NCBI RefSeq assembly: GCF_001194135.2
Contig: NC_068992.1
Span: 60,804,582 to 60,868,581 of the forward strand
Length of the DNA: 64,000 bases
Source of the DNA: Octopus bimaculoides
Taxonomy: Eukaryota
Reading direction: 5' to 3'
The notes beneath the pieces are model-generated. The model was given only the letters and a program-made list of their open reading frames with translations, did not search any database and was not told where the DNA came from. Below, one piece after another: positions 14,121-25,894 of this stretch. Both the position numbers and the translations under genes were made by a program. Position 1 is the stretch's first letter. Every line of letters begins with the position of its first letter.

Positions 14121-14178
14121 AACAACAAACAAGAAAAGGACAAATATCCGTCAATTGTAAATAATATAAATTCTATTT
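14075..14178 (+). mobile_element. Probable Penelope-like element pseudo-LTR/tail fragment
   Basis: Hammerhead motif followed by an A-rich tail and AATATAAA; abuts the (AAT)n/(AAC)n tract; no RT ORF nearby. Confidence 0.55.
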
Positions 14179-14779
14179 AATTTTAATAATATTTTCTGTC
14201 CATTTTCAATGTCATTCCTAACGTGAGTGTGTGTGTGCACGCGCGCGCAATGAAATCAGACGAAATATCTTAAATTATGTTGATCTAAAGATAATATTGA
14301 AGACATTTATTGTATAGTCATAGAGTGAAAGTAACTTCGTCGAGAAATAGAGAGGACCAATGATGGCAGTCTCACGTAGACCGAGAAAGACGGTTCTGCA
14401 GATTCTTGCTGAACCTGCACGCCGGCATGCACACCCACGCACACAACAAGGTCTCAAGCAGACAAACGCAGCCTCCGTAACGAACTAAGTCGAAAGTCAT
14501 TGAAAAGTTTGCAAGTAACAACGAAAGAGCTTTGACAAGAACAAGATAAATGACTTACTGTTTAACCAAATTAAACAAACAATCGATTAGTTAGTTGGAT
14601 ATTTAACAAATTGACTAATATTAAAAGAGTTTATTTCAACACACGAATTAACATAATGAATCTTGCAAACCACAAATTATCTAACAAATTATCTGCACAA
14701 ATTATCTAACATTATCTAGTTATTATCTAACATGTAATGTGCCATACATTAGCTCACTTCCTCCATCAAATCGACATTG

Positions 14780-14945
14780 CTTGAACCGGTGAACGGTTTG
14801 CTACACGTCAGATGTCGAAGTGATCGTAAAACAACATGAGATGAAGTGTTTTGCTCAAGAACTCAGTGCTCCACCCTGTCCAGGAATTGAAGCCACGATC
14901 TTGCAATCGTTAGTGCGACTCCCTAATCACTAAGTCATTCACCTT
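14780..14945 (-). mobile_element. Decayed ancient tRNA-SINE (family D)
   Basis: CACGTCAGATGTCGAAGTGATC..GAGATGAAGTGTTTTGCTCAAGAAC..GGAATTGAAGCCACGATC..CTAATCACTAAG, shared with 60300-60475. Confidence 0.7.
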
Positions 14946-15350
14946 TACATGATAACCAATACCGCATGTTATATAACATTCAACATCATCGGTGTAATGA
15001 GAATTAATTGCATCAAATTCACTAAACGAAACCCCTGTGTTGCTAACAAATTAAAGATTCATGAAATCTTGTTTAAACGGTGTTAAATATTGAAAATTGG
15101 GCATTACTGTGCTGCATCAAAATATTGTGGAACGAAATGTTCTTCCTGCAATCATAAAACACAGTAGAAAATTCAAGGATTAAATTAACTTTTTGTAGCT
15201 GTATTATGTAAGTTTTGCCAAGATATCTCAATATGCACAATGTTGAGTCAGCATTTAAAAGAGTCCACTTATGTCTGTCATTCAAACATTAATGATTTCA
15301 AGAGTAGTGACTTTGTTGTAGTGTTATATAATCATCATGACTACAGAGCC

Positions 15351-15414
<64 letters not shown>

Positions 15415-15518
15415 AGAAGAAGAAGAAGAAAACAAAAGAAGAAGAAGAAGAAGAAGAAGAAGAAGAAGAAGAAGAAGAAGAAGAAGAAGAAGAAGAAGAA
15501 GAAGAAGAAGAAGAAGAG
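15351..15518. repeat. (AGT)n followed by (AGA)n
   Basis: Directly visible. Confidence 0.95.
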
Positions 15519-15734
15519 GTGAGAGAGAGGCAGATAGAGAGGGAGAAAGAGAGCAGCAGAAAGGGAGATCATAACTGAATGTTGAACAAGCGTTTGTGAA
15601 ATGTCGGTGATTGAAGATTTGCCAATCACTTTGGCGGACGTAACACTGGCTATTATCTAACATGTAAGATTGTGTGATTTATATCACAGATCTAAAATTT
15701 CATGCGCATAATAACTATGTAGATATTAAAGATA

Positions 15735-15850
15735 GTGAAGTGGCAGTATCGTTAGAGCGTCGAACAAACTGCTTTGTGCGTATTTAGTTACAGCTCTTTG
15801 CATTCAGAGTTCATGCACCATTGAGGTCAGCTTATATCATTGTGGTTATG
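15735..15850 (+). mobile_element. Decayed SINE family A head
   Basis: GTGGCAGTATCGTTAGAGCGTCG..GCATTCAGAGTTCA..GAGGTCAGCTT aligns to the start of 41737. Confidence 0.55.
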
Positions 15851-16229
15851 CAAATCGGTCTAACTTATTTAGGAAAGTCATGATATATATCGACATAAAT
15901 ATCTGTTGACCATATACCTCTCTTTCCCCAGTAATGCAAAGTAGGGTGCCCACAGTCCACCCCTACTTTTTCTCTGTCCACAGAGAAACAAAAGATTATT
16001 TGTTTACATTTGTCCACAGTTATTAGATAATACATCAGAGTGATGCGTAAAATTTGCAAAGTCTTTCATCAGACATTCCTTTCTGTATATTTCGCTTTAT
16101 GCAACAAACTTTGTTTAGTGACTCATTAAGTGTGTATATGTTTGTGCGTGTATGTGTGTTTTCTCGTGTATGTATGTATTTATATAGTTCTCCTTCCTGT
16201 CCCTCACTATACATACATACATGCATACA

Positions 16230-16247
16230 TGCACACACACACACACA

Positions 16248-16341
<94 letters not shown>

Positions 16342-16342
16342 A
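16230..16342. repeat. (CA)n(TA)n microsatellite
   Basis: Directly visible. Confidence 0.95.
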
Positions 16343-16769
16343 CCTGTAAGTAGCAACTACTTCATCGTCAATAGTTTTTCTTTCTTTCATTTGATTGAGT
16401 AAGTATCATGATGTCTGTTTTTCAATCACCAATATTACTTAATCAATTCAGCCATTGGAACGAGAACCAATACAATACTGTCCTTCAGGCATCGTTTCAT
16501 GATAATCGATATTCTTTCCTGTTTTACTTTTGATTCAGCAATATATTTCTATCAGTTTCCTATAGAATATTTCAATCGGTTAAAAGGTAATTAATATTTA
16601 TACGCTTCGAATAGCACAGTAGTAACGTTAGCTTCTCTGCCGTTGCTAAAACATTTAAATATATGAATAAAAATTATATATTTTATATTTCATTCAGGTA
16701 AACAGACATATTTAGACGTGTATGAGTATATTTTTTTCCTTTGGTGTATCTATAAGTTCTGTTCTACTT

Positions 16770-17275
16770 CTGTTGATCTCATCGATATGGAGACTCTAAT
16801 TCTAATTGAAAGAAGTCTTCTTACACACTTCCTTTCTTGTCCATCAATCGTAGTGATCCCTTTCCTATTGAACCTTTAGATTTTTTTTTCCTAACATAAT
16901 ACTCTTTTCTATTCCACAAGCCCTCATTACCTTTCTTTGACAATCAGTGGTTTAGTTTGATTCACTATTGATCTTCTCTCTGTCCACGATATTCTCAATA
17001 ATCTTTTCCAGCACCATATTTCAAATTCATCAATTTCCCTTCTTTCATGTTTGTTAATCGTCTAGCTTTCGCATCCGCGCATCATTACTGGATATACCAT
17101 TGATTTTTAACAACTTCGTCTTTGTTCTTTTTGATACTCCTTTATATTTCATGATGTTCTGTAGTCCCATTATGATACCCTTTCCATGAGCTGTTCTTTT
17201 GTAATTTTATCTGAACATCTTTTATTTCTTTCAGCTTTGAATCCCACACTCCATAAAGAAGCGAAATTCATACAT
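16770..17275 (-). mobile_element. RTE-clade (BovB-like) LINE remnant, C-terminal part of RT ORF, with frameshifts and stops
   Basis: Frame-corrected minus-strand reading ...SMVYPVMMRGCES*TINKHERRKIDEFEIWCWKRLLRISWTERRS matches the RTE signature (GCESWT...AFELWCWRRLLRVPWTARR). Confidence 0.8.
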
Positions 17276-18670
17276 TATTTTCACTATCTTCCCTCTAATC
17301 TTAAATTACCTTTAATTTGAAAATGCCATAACATCTTGATGACAACAGGAAGAAAAAATCTATCCCGCAAGAAACGTGAGAACGTGACACGTGACTTGAA
17401 ATAAATGCTGGTTGTCGACTCGCTATTTCGTGTAACCATCATTTGCACTGAAATTACAGAGGTAATACACCCCTTTCATAGATTCGCACGTCGATGAAAT
17501 CATACAACAGTTTAACAACAATAACGAGCCACCTCTAAGACACTGTTGGCTCGTCAACAAGCGGCGCAGTTGCGTAAATTTTGGAGAATCAGGACTGCTC
17601 CGGCCTATTCTACACTTTCTCTCTGCCGTGAAGAACGAAGGAAATGAGGAAGCAGTTGTATTTAATTGCCACAGAAATGAGTGATACCGCAAACACTGCA
17701 TTGTGAGGTCCGAAACTAGAGATTTAACGTAGGCCCGAAACAGAAATAGCATCACGGCACAAAAAGGATCAATACATTTTATAATAAGCGTTTGTGAGGC
17801 ACGAATAGAAGCCTTTAAACTAATAAGGAACAAAAGTGGCAAGCTGACTAGAGAGCACAAACAAAGCAAGTTCCAAACGAGAATATCCTTTTCCTATATT
17901 GCATTTTTCGTACAAATTTAAAATTACATGTGCATGCACATGCATATGCACATCATTGGATGGATGGCTGTTGAATCATTTGAGATTTTACAGGCTTACA
18001 TTTCATCTTCCATAGTGTTCAAAACTCAGCATCCTCACAAAGCAAGCTTGTTAGTGTTGCCACTTTAGTCAGCGACGATCCCATTGAGTACAGGCTGCAC
18101 CGGCTAACATGATTGGTAGTAAGATGCTTCTCTCACTCTCTCTGTCCCTTTCTTTCTCCCTTCTCTCTCTCTCTCTCTCTCACTATATATATATATATAT
18201 ATATATACACGCACGAACACATGTATATATATATATATNNNNNNNNNNNNNNNNNNNNNNNNNNNNNNNNNNNNNNNNNNNNNNNNNNNNNNNNNNNNNN
18301 NNNNNNNNNNNNNNNNNNNNNNNNNNNNNNNNNNNNNNNNNNNNNNNNNNNNNNNNNNNNNNNNNNNNNNNNNNNNNNNNNNNNNNNNNNNNNNNNNNNN
18401 NNNNNNNNNNNNNNNNNNNNNNNNNNNNNNNNNNNNNNNNNNNNNNNNNNNNNNNNNNNNNNNNNNNNNNNNNNNNNNNNNNNNNNNNNNNNNNNNNNNN
18501 NNNNNNNNNNNNNNNNNNNNNNNNNNNNNNNNNNNNNNNNNNNNNNNNNNNNNNNNNNNNNNNNNNNNNNNNNNNNNNNNNNNNNNNNNNNNNNNNNNNN
18601 NNNNNNNNNNNATATATATAACTTATATATATATATATATAGGGATGTCCCACAACTAGATGTATAGCTT

Positions 18671-18726
18671 CTCACTCGTGAAAGATCGATGCAGGATGTG
18701 TCGAAACGATCGTTGTGAGCAATAAA
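18671..18726 (+). ncRNA. Degenerate minimal hammerhead-like motif with downstream AATAAA (Penelope-type tail)
   Basis: CTCAC (18671-75)/GTGAG (18715-19) perfect stem I; GAAAC-GATC-GTT with palindromic loop; core disrupted (TCGTGAAAGA instead of CTGAAGA); AATAAA at 18721. Confidence 0.5.
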
Positions 18727-18792
18727 GTTTCCCGTGATTTCTACCTCCCGTCGCTATCATTTGTTTTATATATAGATATATACCATTTATAT

Positions 18793-19175
18793 TCTTATAT
18801 TTGTCTCAGTCATTTGACTGCGGCCATGCTGGAGCACCACCTTTAGTCAAAAAAATCAACCCCAGGACTTATTCTTTGTAAGCCTAGTGCTTATTCTATC
18901 GGTCTTTTTCACCGAACCGCTAAGTTGCGAGGGATGTAAACAAACCAACATCGGTTTTCAAGTGATGGTGGAGGCACAAACACATACATGCATATAAACA
19001 GATATATATATGTTTATACGTCGAGCTTCTTTCAGTTTCCGTCCACCAAATTCCCTCACAAGGCTTTAATCGGCCCGACGTTATAGTAGAAGACACTTGC
19101 CCAAGGTACCACACAATAGGACTGAACCCGGAACCATGTACTTGGTAATCAAGTTTCTTACCACACAGCCACTCC
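18793..19175 (-). mobile_element. Full-length tRNA-derived SINE family B (OR-like)
   Basis: tRNA-like head at the right end, internal (TA/CA) tract, tail CAGTCATTTGACTGCGGCCATGCTGGAGCACC; homologous to 61110, 55195, 21787, 34100 and 22821. Confidence 0.9.
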
Positions 19176-19914
19176 ACAAGTATAAAAGGAACCACATCAA
19201 CAAAATAACCCCAAAATATCCAAAAACATATTCTACATATGTTTCAATATAACAATATTTCAGAATCATCAATAATTGTAACTTTTAAAGATGTAATATG
19301 CGGTATATTGTCGATCTCTTCAGGAAAATTAAATGTATTTTAGTGTTGAGTTACTAAATGACTTATTTGAGGACTATGTTTAGTAATTTTCAAATGTAAA
19401 CACACTGCTTTGAAAGAAGCAGACTTCGTGTGATTAGAAATTTATCGTTTGAAATTTAGCTAGTATTGAACGTTAAAATGCTACTAAAGTTTCAAATTTA
19501 TTTCAAAACATATATGTATTATATTTATATTTATAAAGGTTTATGTAAGGTAGTTGGTAGAAAGGCTGATGTAGCTTATCGTGACGGGTGTAATATACAA
19601 AAATTATATTGGGAAATATAAATAAATGTTGGATGAATAACATTGGTGTTATTTAAGGATTTAATTAGTTAGAATATAATTTCTGGTGTTCGAAGAAAAA
19701 TATTTTGTATTTAAAATATAGGGTGCATAAAAAACTATATAATACTCACTTACGAAATGTTGCTAAATGCTAGAGAAATTCTCTAGGTCAAACTTTGAGC
19801 AACTGGTGATCTCCCTTTATTTCATACATATGTGTAATTATTTCATTAGATATTTTTAAAATGAAAAATAGCTTGTGTTTCACTTTAGTAATATGTCTGT
19901 AACGTTATATGGAT

Positions 19915-20240
19915 AAAATAGATATCAATATGTACATTCAGGTTAAATTTTCATATTTATGTATTGAAATATATTAAAAGTACCAATAGTCATAAATGCG
20001 AGGTTATAATATTTCATAAAAATCACGATAAATCCTTCAAAATACAACATTTATGTAGAAATGGGGTTGTAGTAAAAAAATAGATATCAATAAGTACATG
20101 TAGATTAAATTTTCATATTTATATATTGAAATATATTAAAAGTATCAAAAGTCATAAATGCGGGATTATAATATTTCATAAGAATAAAAATAAACGATAA
20201 AGCTTTCAAAATACAGCATTTATGTAAAAATTGGGTAGTA
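19915..20240. repeat. Tandem duplication, two ~162-bp AT-rich units (starts 19915 and 20077)
   Basis: AAAATAGATATCAATA..TTAAATTTTCATATTTAT.TATTGAAATATATTAAAAGTA..GTCATAAATGCG.. occurs twice. Confidence 0.9.
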
Positions 20241-21786
20241 TTGATTTGGGGTTTATTCAATGTTAATTAGATTTATATTCTATTTAACGATGAGATAGAT
20301 ATTATGGATTAGTAGCAATGGTTAAAGTAAAATTAAAGTAAATTATTAAAGGGCATAATTACAAAATTATGAGATCAATAGGTTAAATTTGTATATATAT
20401 TTATATTTATACTTATATCATATATATTTATATTTATATATTGGTGTTAAATATGGTTTATATAATGATTGTTATCATAAATAATTGTACTATTATCAAT
20501 TATATGTGTGTATATATACATAATATATTATTTGCATATATCAAAGACATCTATTAAACACACATACGTATGTATGTATTATATAGGTATATATATATAT
20601 ATATATGCGTGTGTGTATATATATATATATATATGCATATATGTATNNNNNNNNNNNNNNNNNNNNNNNNNNNNNNNNNNNNNNNNNNNNNNNNNNNNNN
20701 NNNNNNNNNNNNNNNNNNNNNNNNNNNNNNNNNNNNNNNNNNNNNNNNNNNNNNNNNNNNNNNNNNNNNNNNNNNNNNNNNNNNNNNNNNNNNNNNNNNN
20801 NNNNNNNNNNNNNNNNNNNNNNNNNNNNNNNNNNNNNNNNNNNNNNNNNNNNNNNNNNNNNATATATATATATATATATATACTACCCCCACAGGCCTTC
20901 ATCTGGATTGAAAATAAGAGATAATGAGAAAATTATCACTTGATCCCTCGTTATCACAACCAACGAAATTCCGGTTGAATTACACCCTAACTGCGAAAAA
21001 TATAAAGAAAGGATACATTCGATAATATAATTGTAGACATCACAAAAATAACGGATGGTCACAGCTAGTATGCCTTGAACGTAGCTCTGCTTAGCCAGGG
21101 CTTATCTAGTGCCAAATAACAATAAGAACAACAAAAGGCAACACTCTTTATCACACTGATTCAGTATGTACATCGAGTCAAGATGCAAAGGAAGAAATTT
21201 TTCACTGAAAATAATGGGAGAGTGTTGTAACATCTAATATAGTTCATAATGGGAGAGACGTACTTTTCTTAGTAACTGCCTCACTTTAACGAAATCCTGC
21301 TACCCTCAACTAGAAAGCTTAATTAAGGAAAGTATATTGAGAAATAAACTCGTTCTGACTAAAGGCAAATTCGGATGGTGTATAGACACGTTCGTTAAGA
21401 AAGCTTGATTGGATAGCAACACGAAAAATAAGACAAAATTAAGTCAAGATATGAATACAATTTAGAAGTGTTCTGTTTGGTATGAAAATTAGGGAGTGTT
21501 GAAAGAAATTTCTAGCATACAAATGTAATGTTCATATCGCATTTACCATCAAGTGAGATGTTTTTACGCGTTAATACAGTGTAAAACTTAATCATCTTCA
21601 CGAGTACAAACAGAGAAACTGTGAAGCAGATGCACAGGTGCTGGTATAGTTGTGCTTAAAACGTTCCTTTCACGACCACGTGTTTCTTGGTTCTATCCCA
21701 CCATGCAGTACCTTAGATATGTATCTTTTACCCTAATCTTTGATGGGCCAATACATTCTAAATGCAATTACTCGGACTGGAAGTGT

Positions 21787-21948
21787 AGGCGCAGAAATGG
21801 TTGTGTAGTAAGTAGTTTGCTTCCCAACCATATGGATCTGGGTTCAGTCTCACTGTGTGATACCTTGGGCAAGTATCTTCTTCTATTGCACCCAGGCTGA
21901 CCAAAACCTTGTGAGAGGATTTGGTAGACGAAAACTGAAAGAACTCCG

Positions 21949-21989
<41 letters not shown>

Positions 21990-22143
21990 TATGTATGCGT
22001 ACATTTGTGTGCGTGTATATATATATATATATGTGTGTGTATTGTGTATGTGTGTGTATGTTTGTGTATGCCTTTGTCCTACTAAAACCTTCCAGGCGAT
22101 GCCCCAGTATGGGTACAGTCCAATCGATGAACCAAGTAAAAGA
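21787..22143 (+). mobile_element. SINE family B with expanded internal (TA)n/(TG)n and internal deletion
   Basis: AGGCGCAG head, GGGTTCAGTCTCAC B-box, GGCGATGCCCCAGTATGG tail. Confidence 0.85.
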
Positions 22144-22370
22144 TCTAATTTCCCAAAAAATGGAAATGTTATGTTCTCTCAACGATATATACTTTCTATG
22201 CCGTCAACAATATGCGCGCGCGTGTGTGTTTACATAATATATTCATATACGTGATAATGCTTGCTTTTACGTGAATTTATAAGTAAAAATCAATTTAATA
22301 TTAAGCTGAATGATTGCTGAATACTTTTTAATAGAGTCATGTTTATATATTATTTCAACAAGGAAAAGGT

Positions 22371-22420
22371 TGACAGTGACTTCGAAGTTTCGGCTGCTCC
22401 ACCGTAATCATTTACGTCAG
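22371..22420 (-). ncRNA. Heavily decayed hammerhead-like motif
   Basis: Minus strand: TGACGT..ATGATTA-CGG..CC-GAAAC-TTCGAA-GTC-ACTGTCA; palindromic stem III and GUC intact, core has 2 mismatches. Confidence 0.3.
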
Positions 22421-22820
22421 TAAAGTTTCGTCTACAGTTACAATATATTCCTCAAATTTCGGGGAAAAAGAACAAAATTTGTCCGAAAATTCTTTTTAAA
22501 AACTATTTGTGTATTTTTTGTTGTTGGCATTTTTATTTTATTTGCTTATTTTTTACATATGAGTTTCATACACATGCGTAAGCAGAGCTCGCATTCATCC
22601 CAGCTCATAGCCGAAAGCTTGACGCATGCATGATCATAGGTTGCTTCCAGCACCGCCGACAGCCGAAAATTGAAACTTTAACGCATATGCAATGAGACCT
22701 TGCTTCCTAATACAACCAATAGTCAGTTGCCTAAAGATTCACACATGCACAACTGGACCTCGCTTTCTGTCCACCTGATAACTTCCGGCACAGTCCACAC
22801 ACACACACACACACACACAT

Positions 22821-22977
22821 GTAGTTTCCGTCCACCAATTTCATCCACAAGGTTTTAGATTGGTGAACTCGGACCTATGGCAGAAGACTCTCACCAAAGG
22901 TGTGGCGTAGTGGAATTGATCCCGAAACCACGTAATTACGAAGTGAACTTCTTAACTACGAAACTATGCCTGCGCCT
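22821..22977 (-). mobile_element. 5' half of SINE family B
   Basis: GTTTCCGTCCACCAA..CACAAGG..CCTGCGCCT matches 19030-19175. Confidence 0.8.
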
Positions 22978-23489
22978 GTGGGAATATTTCTGATAATAAA
23001 TTGTATCGTTGCTATGCTTACTATGTATGAAGTTCGGTAACTACAAAATATGACGAGGTAAATAACCTACAGACTGTAATTGCTTGCCACAATAAGTCAG
23101 TGAATGAACGATTTACAGACATGTTAATTCTAAACAATTTAGAAAATCAGAAAAATAAAGGATTTAACGCTTGTCAAGGAGAAATTATTTGTTATTAGCC
23201 GAAATGAAGAAATTTTGAAAAACAATTTTTTTTTTTTTTCTTTCCTGTTAAAAAATTAAGAATAACATGCTGTGGAGGAATACAAGGACACACGTTTCGT
23301 GATGAGGCTGAATGTGAACTTACTGAAAAAGCGAAATAAGTAGATCGAGCCAACCTTCTATATTACTCAGTAATTCTATCTCGAGTCCAAGGATTCATAG
23401 AACCTTTTGCCCGGTTGTTATGAAGTATAAGTGACCGAGACTAGAATTCCTTCTGATAATAAAACCAGTATGTCACAGCGTTAATTATG

Positions 23490-23620
23490 TACAGCTGAGT
23501 GAACAGGAGCAACGTGAAATGAAGTATTTTGCTTAAGATCATAACGCATAACATGATCCAGAAATTGAAACTACGATTCTGCGGAAAGTGAACGCAACAC
23601 TTTAACCACTAAGCCACACA
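23490..23620 (-). mobile_element. Decayed ancient SINE family D
   Basis: GGAGCAACGTGAAATGAAGTATTTTGCTTAAGA..TTAACCACTAAGCCAC. Confidence 0.65.
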
Positions 23621-24072
23621 TTCTGCATTCTGCATTACTAATGTTTGATTTTAAAGTATGCAATAAAAATCCTTTAAAAGTGGTTCTGCTTTTAAAGGAT
23701 TATCATCAACTATTTAAATCGATCAGTCATTTAGTACTGTTCTTTTGAACCGAATTAAAAATTAGATTACAGAACACGTGTATGTTGTATGTTGCCGTTT
23801 TAATACCCGAAAATTTTGATGTAAATTGTTTCTCTCAAAACTTATCTGTTCTGCACTCTGGTGAACCTGGATTTAATGATGTTTCTGATTATAGAAGTAC
23901 TCAGGGTATTTGGCATTTAGCTATAAAGAATCTCTGAGAGTTAGATTATTTTAGAAAAATTTTGTTGCTTAAAGGTTTGGTAGCGCTGCTGTTATAGCAA
24001 ACAAACTTAATGGCATTCACGTAAAAATTAGAGACTATCATAGCAAATTTTTCTCAACTGTTATTTTAAAAC

Positions 24073-24334
24073 TGGCATTCCGTCGGTTACGACGAGGAGG
24101 GATCCTGTTGATCCAATCAACGGAACAGCCTACTCGTGAAATTAACTTGCAAGTGGCTGAGCACTCCACAGACATGCGTACCCTTAACGCAGTTCTCAGG
24201 GCGATTCAGCGTGACACAAAATGTGACAAAACTGACTCTTTGAATTACAGGCACAACAGAAAATAGGAAGTAAGAGTGAGAGAAAGTTGTGGTGGAAGAG
24301 TACAGCACGGTTCGCCACCAACCCCTGCCGGAGC
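24073..24334 (-). mobile_element. 5'-truncated SINE family C
   Basis: Reverse complement of 53665-53918. Confidence 0.9.
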
Positions 24335-24632
24335 TGCCCTATTCGCCAGATTTAGTATCTGCAGACTTTTATCTCTTTCCCAATATGAAAATGCAGCTGA
24401 AAGGTCGCCGTTTTAACACTGTTGTCGAGATCCAGAGCGAATTGCAGAAGGTCTGCGACTTGCTTACGGAAAATGACTTCCAGGCTGGATTCCAAAAGTG
24501 GCAAAAACGCTGGGACCGGTGTATTGCTGTGCAAGGAGCCTATTTCGAAGGAGATAGTATTAAAACTTAGGTACATAAGTTATTTTTTCATTAAGCATAA
24601 CTAGTTCGGGAACTGTTTCACACCACCTCGTA
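24335..24632 (+). mobile_element. Mariner (DD34D-type) transposon 3' fragment with right TIR
   Basis: PYSPDLVSADFYLFPNMKMQLKGRRF...FQKWQKRWDRCIAVQGAYFE; ends ...GGAACTGTTTCACACCACCTCG-TA. Confidence 0.92.
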
Positions 24633-24953
24633 TTTGTGCAATAAAACTTTCACCTATAAACGTTTCTAGCGTTAATAACTCAAAGAAAGTTTTAATGTAC
24701 AGCTTTTGTTTCAATAAATTTTTTAAATAATGAAGAATTTAGCGGTCACTAATAAGCTGATGCTTCGAAGGAATTTACAGAAAATAATTAATGAAAGCTT
24801 TAATTGAAATAGCTTTAAAACAGAAACTTTCCCTCATAGAACCAGGAGCGGTCTTAGTTGGATTGATACCAAAAAAGGACAATGCGTGGAAAATTAATTG
24901 AAAATGTTTAAATACGAAAAGGAATTTGAGCCTCCGGTATACACAGTTAAGAT

Positions 24954-25077
24954 AGTATTTAATTAAAATAGCCATGTGTGTGCGCGTGTGTGTGTGTGTG
25001 TGTATCATACTTAATGTATATTCGACAGTGCGTATACATTGAATATGAAGCATAGATGGCTATTTTAATTAAATACT
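24954..25077. repeat. Hairpin/MITE-like inverted repeat
   Basis: Perfect 22-bp arms AGTATTTAATTAAAATAGCCAT (24954-24975) and its reverse complement (25056-25077), plus an inner 15-bp stem. Confidence 0.85.
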
Positions 25078-25654
25078 GCCTCAATTGCATACACCTGATT
25101 GTTATTCATCCGGGCGGAAATTAGCAACGCTGATGAATGTTTTATTCACTTTTTCTTATAATAACGACGACGAATTTTCTTCCGAGCATGTAGTTGGCTG
25201 CGAGTATGCGCCACTAAAAAGTCTCAAAAAAGGCCTAAATGCATCTGGTGCTCTTGCTGGCCGCTGCTGGAACGAATCCTCGTCCTTCCCTGTGATATTT
25301 ATTATATTTTTAACTCAGTACTTTCATCAGATAATATCTCAGGATAAATACTACAATGACTCTATCGACAGTGAGTATACATCAAGTATGATACATAGCT
25401 TGCAATTTGGACTTATTTTTTATTCACATCCTGTAACTGTTTCTATATAATATAATAGAGGTAAGGTGACGGATCCTTAATAAATTGCAACTTCCCTTAT
25501 CAAACCTTAGGTTGAACTTTTAACTCAACACGTCAGCAGATTTCTCTCGTGTATATCAGTAAACATTCTGTTTTGTTCTCTCCGTATAATTATTTCTAAT
25601 TATAGTTTTTAAAGCTTCCTGTATCAACAATAATTTAACTTCCGAGAAGAGGCC

Positions 25655-25875
25655 ATTGTATTGGTTTCAAATTTTAGCACAAGGCCAGTAATTTCGGAGG
25701 AGATGGAAAATTGATTACATCGACCCCCAACGTTCAACTTGTACTTATTTTATTGAACACGGAAGTTTGAAAGGCAAGTACAACTCCGGCGGAATTTGAA
25801 CTCAGAATGTAAAAATGGACGAAATGCCGCTAAACATTTTGCCCGGCATGATATCGATTTTGCCAGATGTCATTA
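25655..25875 (-). mobile_element. SINE family A
   Basis: Homologous to 42105-42315. Confidence 0.85.
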
Positions 25876-25894
25876 TATTCTTTTCTACACTAGG

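Noticed and set aside
17423-17869. 148-aa minus-strand ORF as a gene
   Set aside because: Alternative start codon, no recognisable domain or coding-like composition
19540-19620. GTGACGGGTGTAATATAC as a mitochondrial 12S rRNA insertion
   Set aside because: Only 14 of 18 nt resemble the motif and flanking conserved 12S blocks are absent
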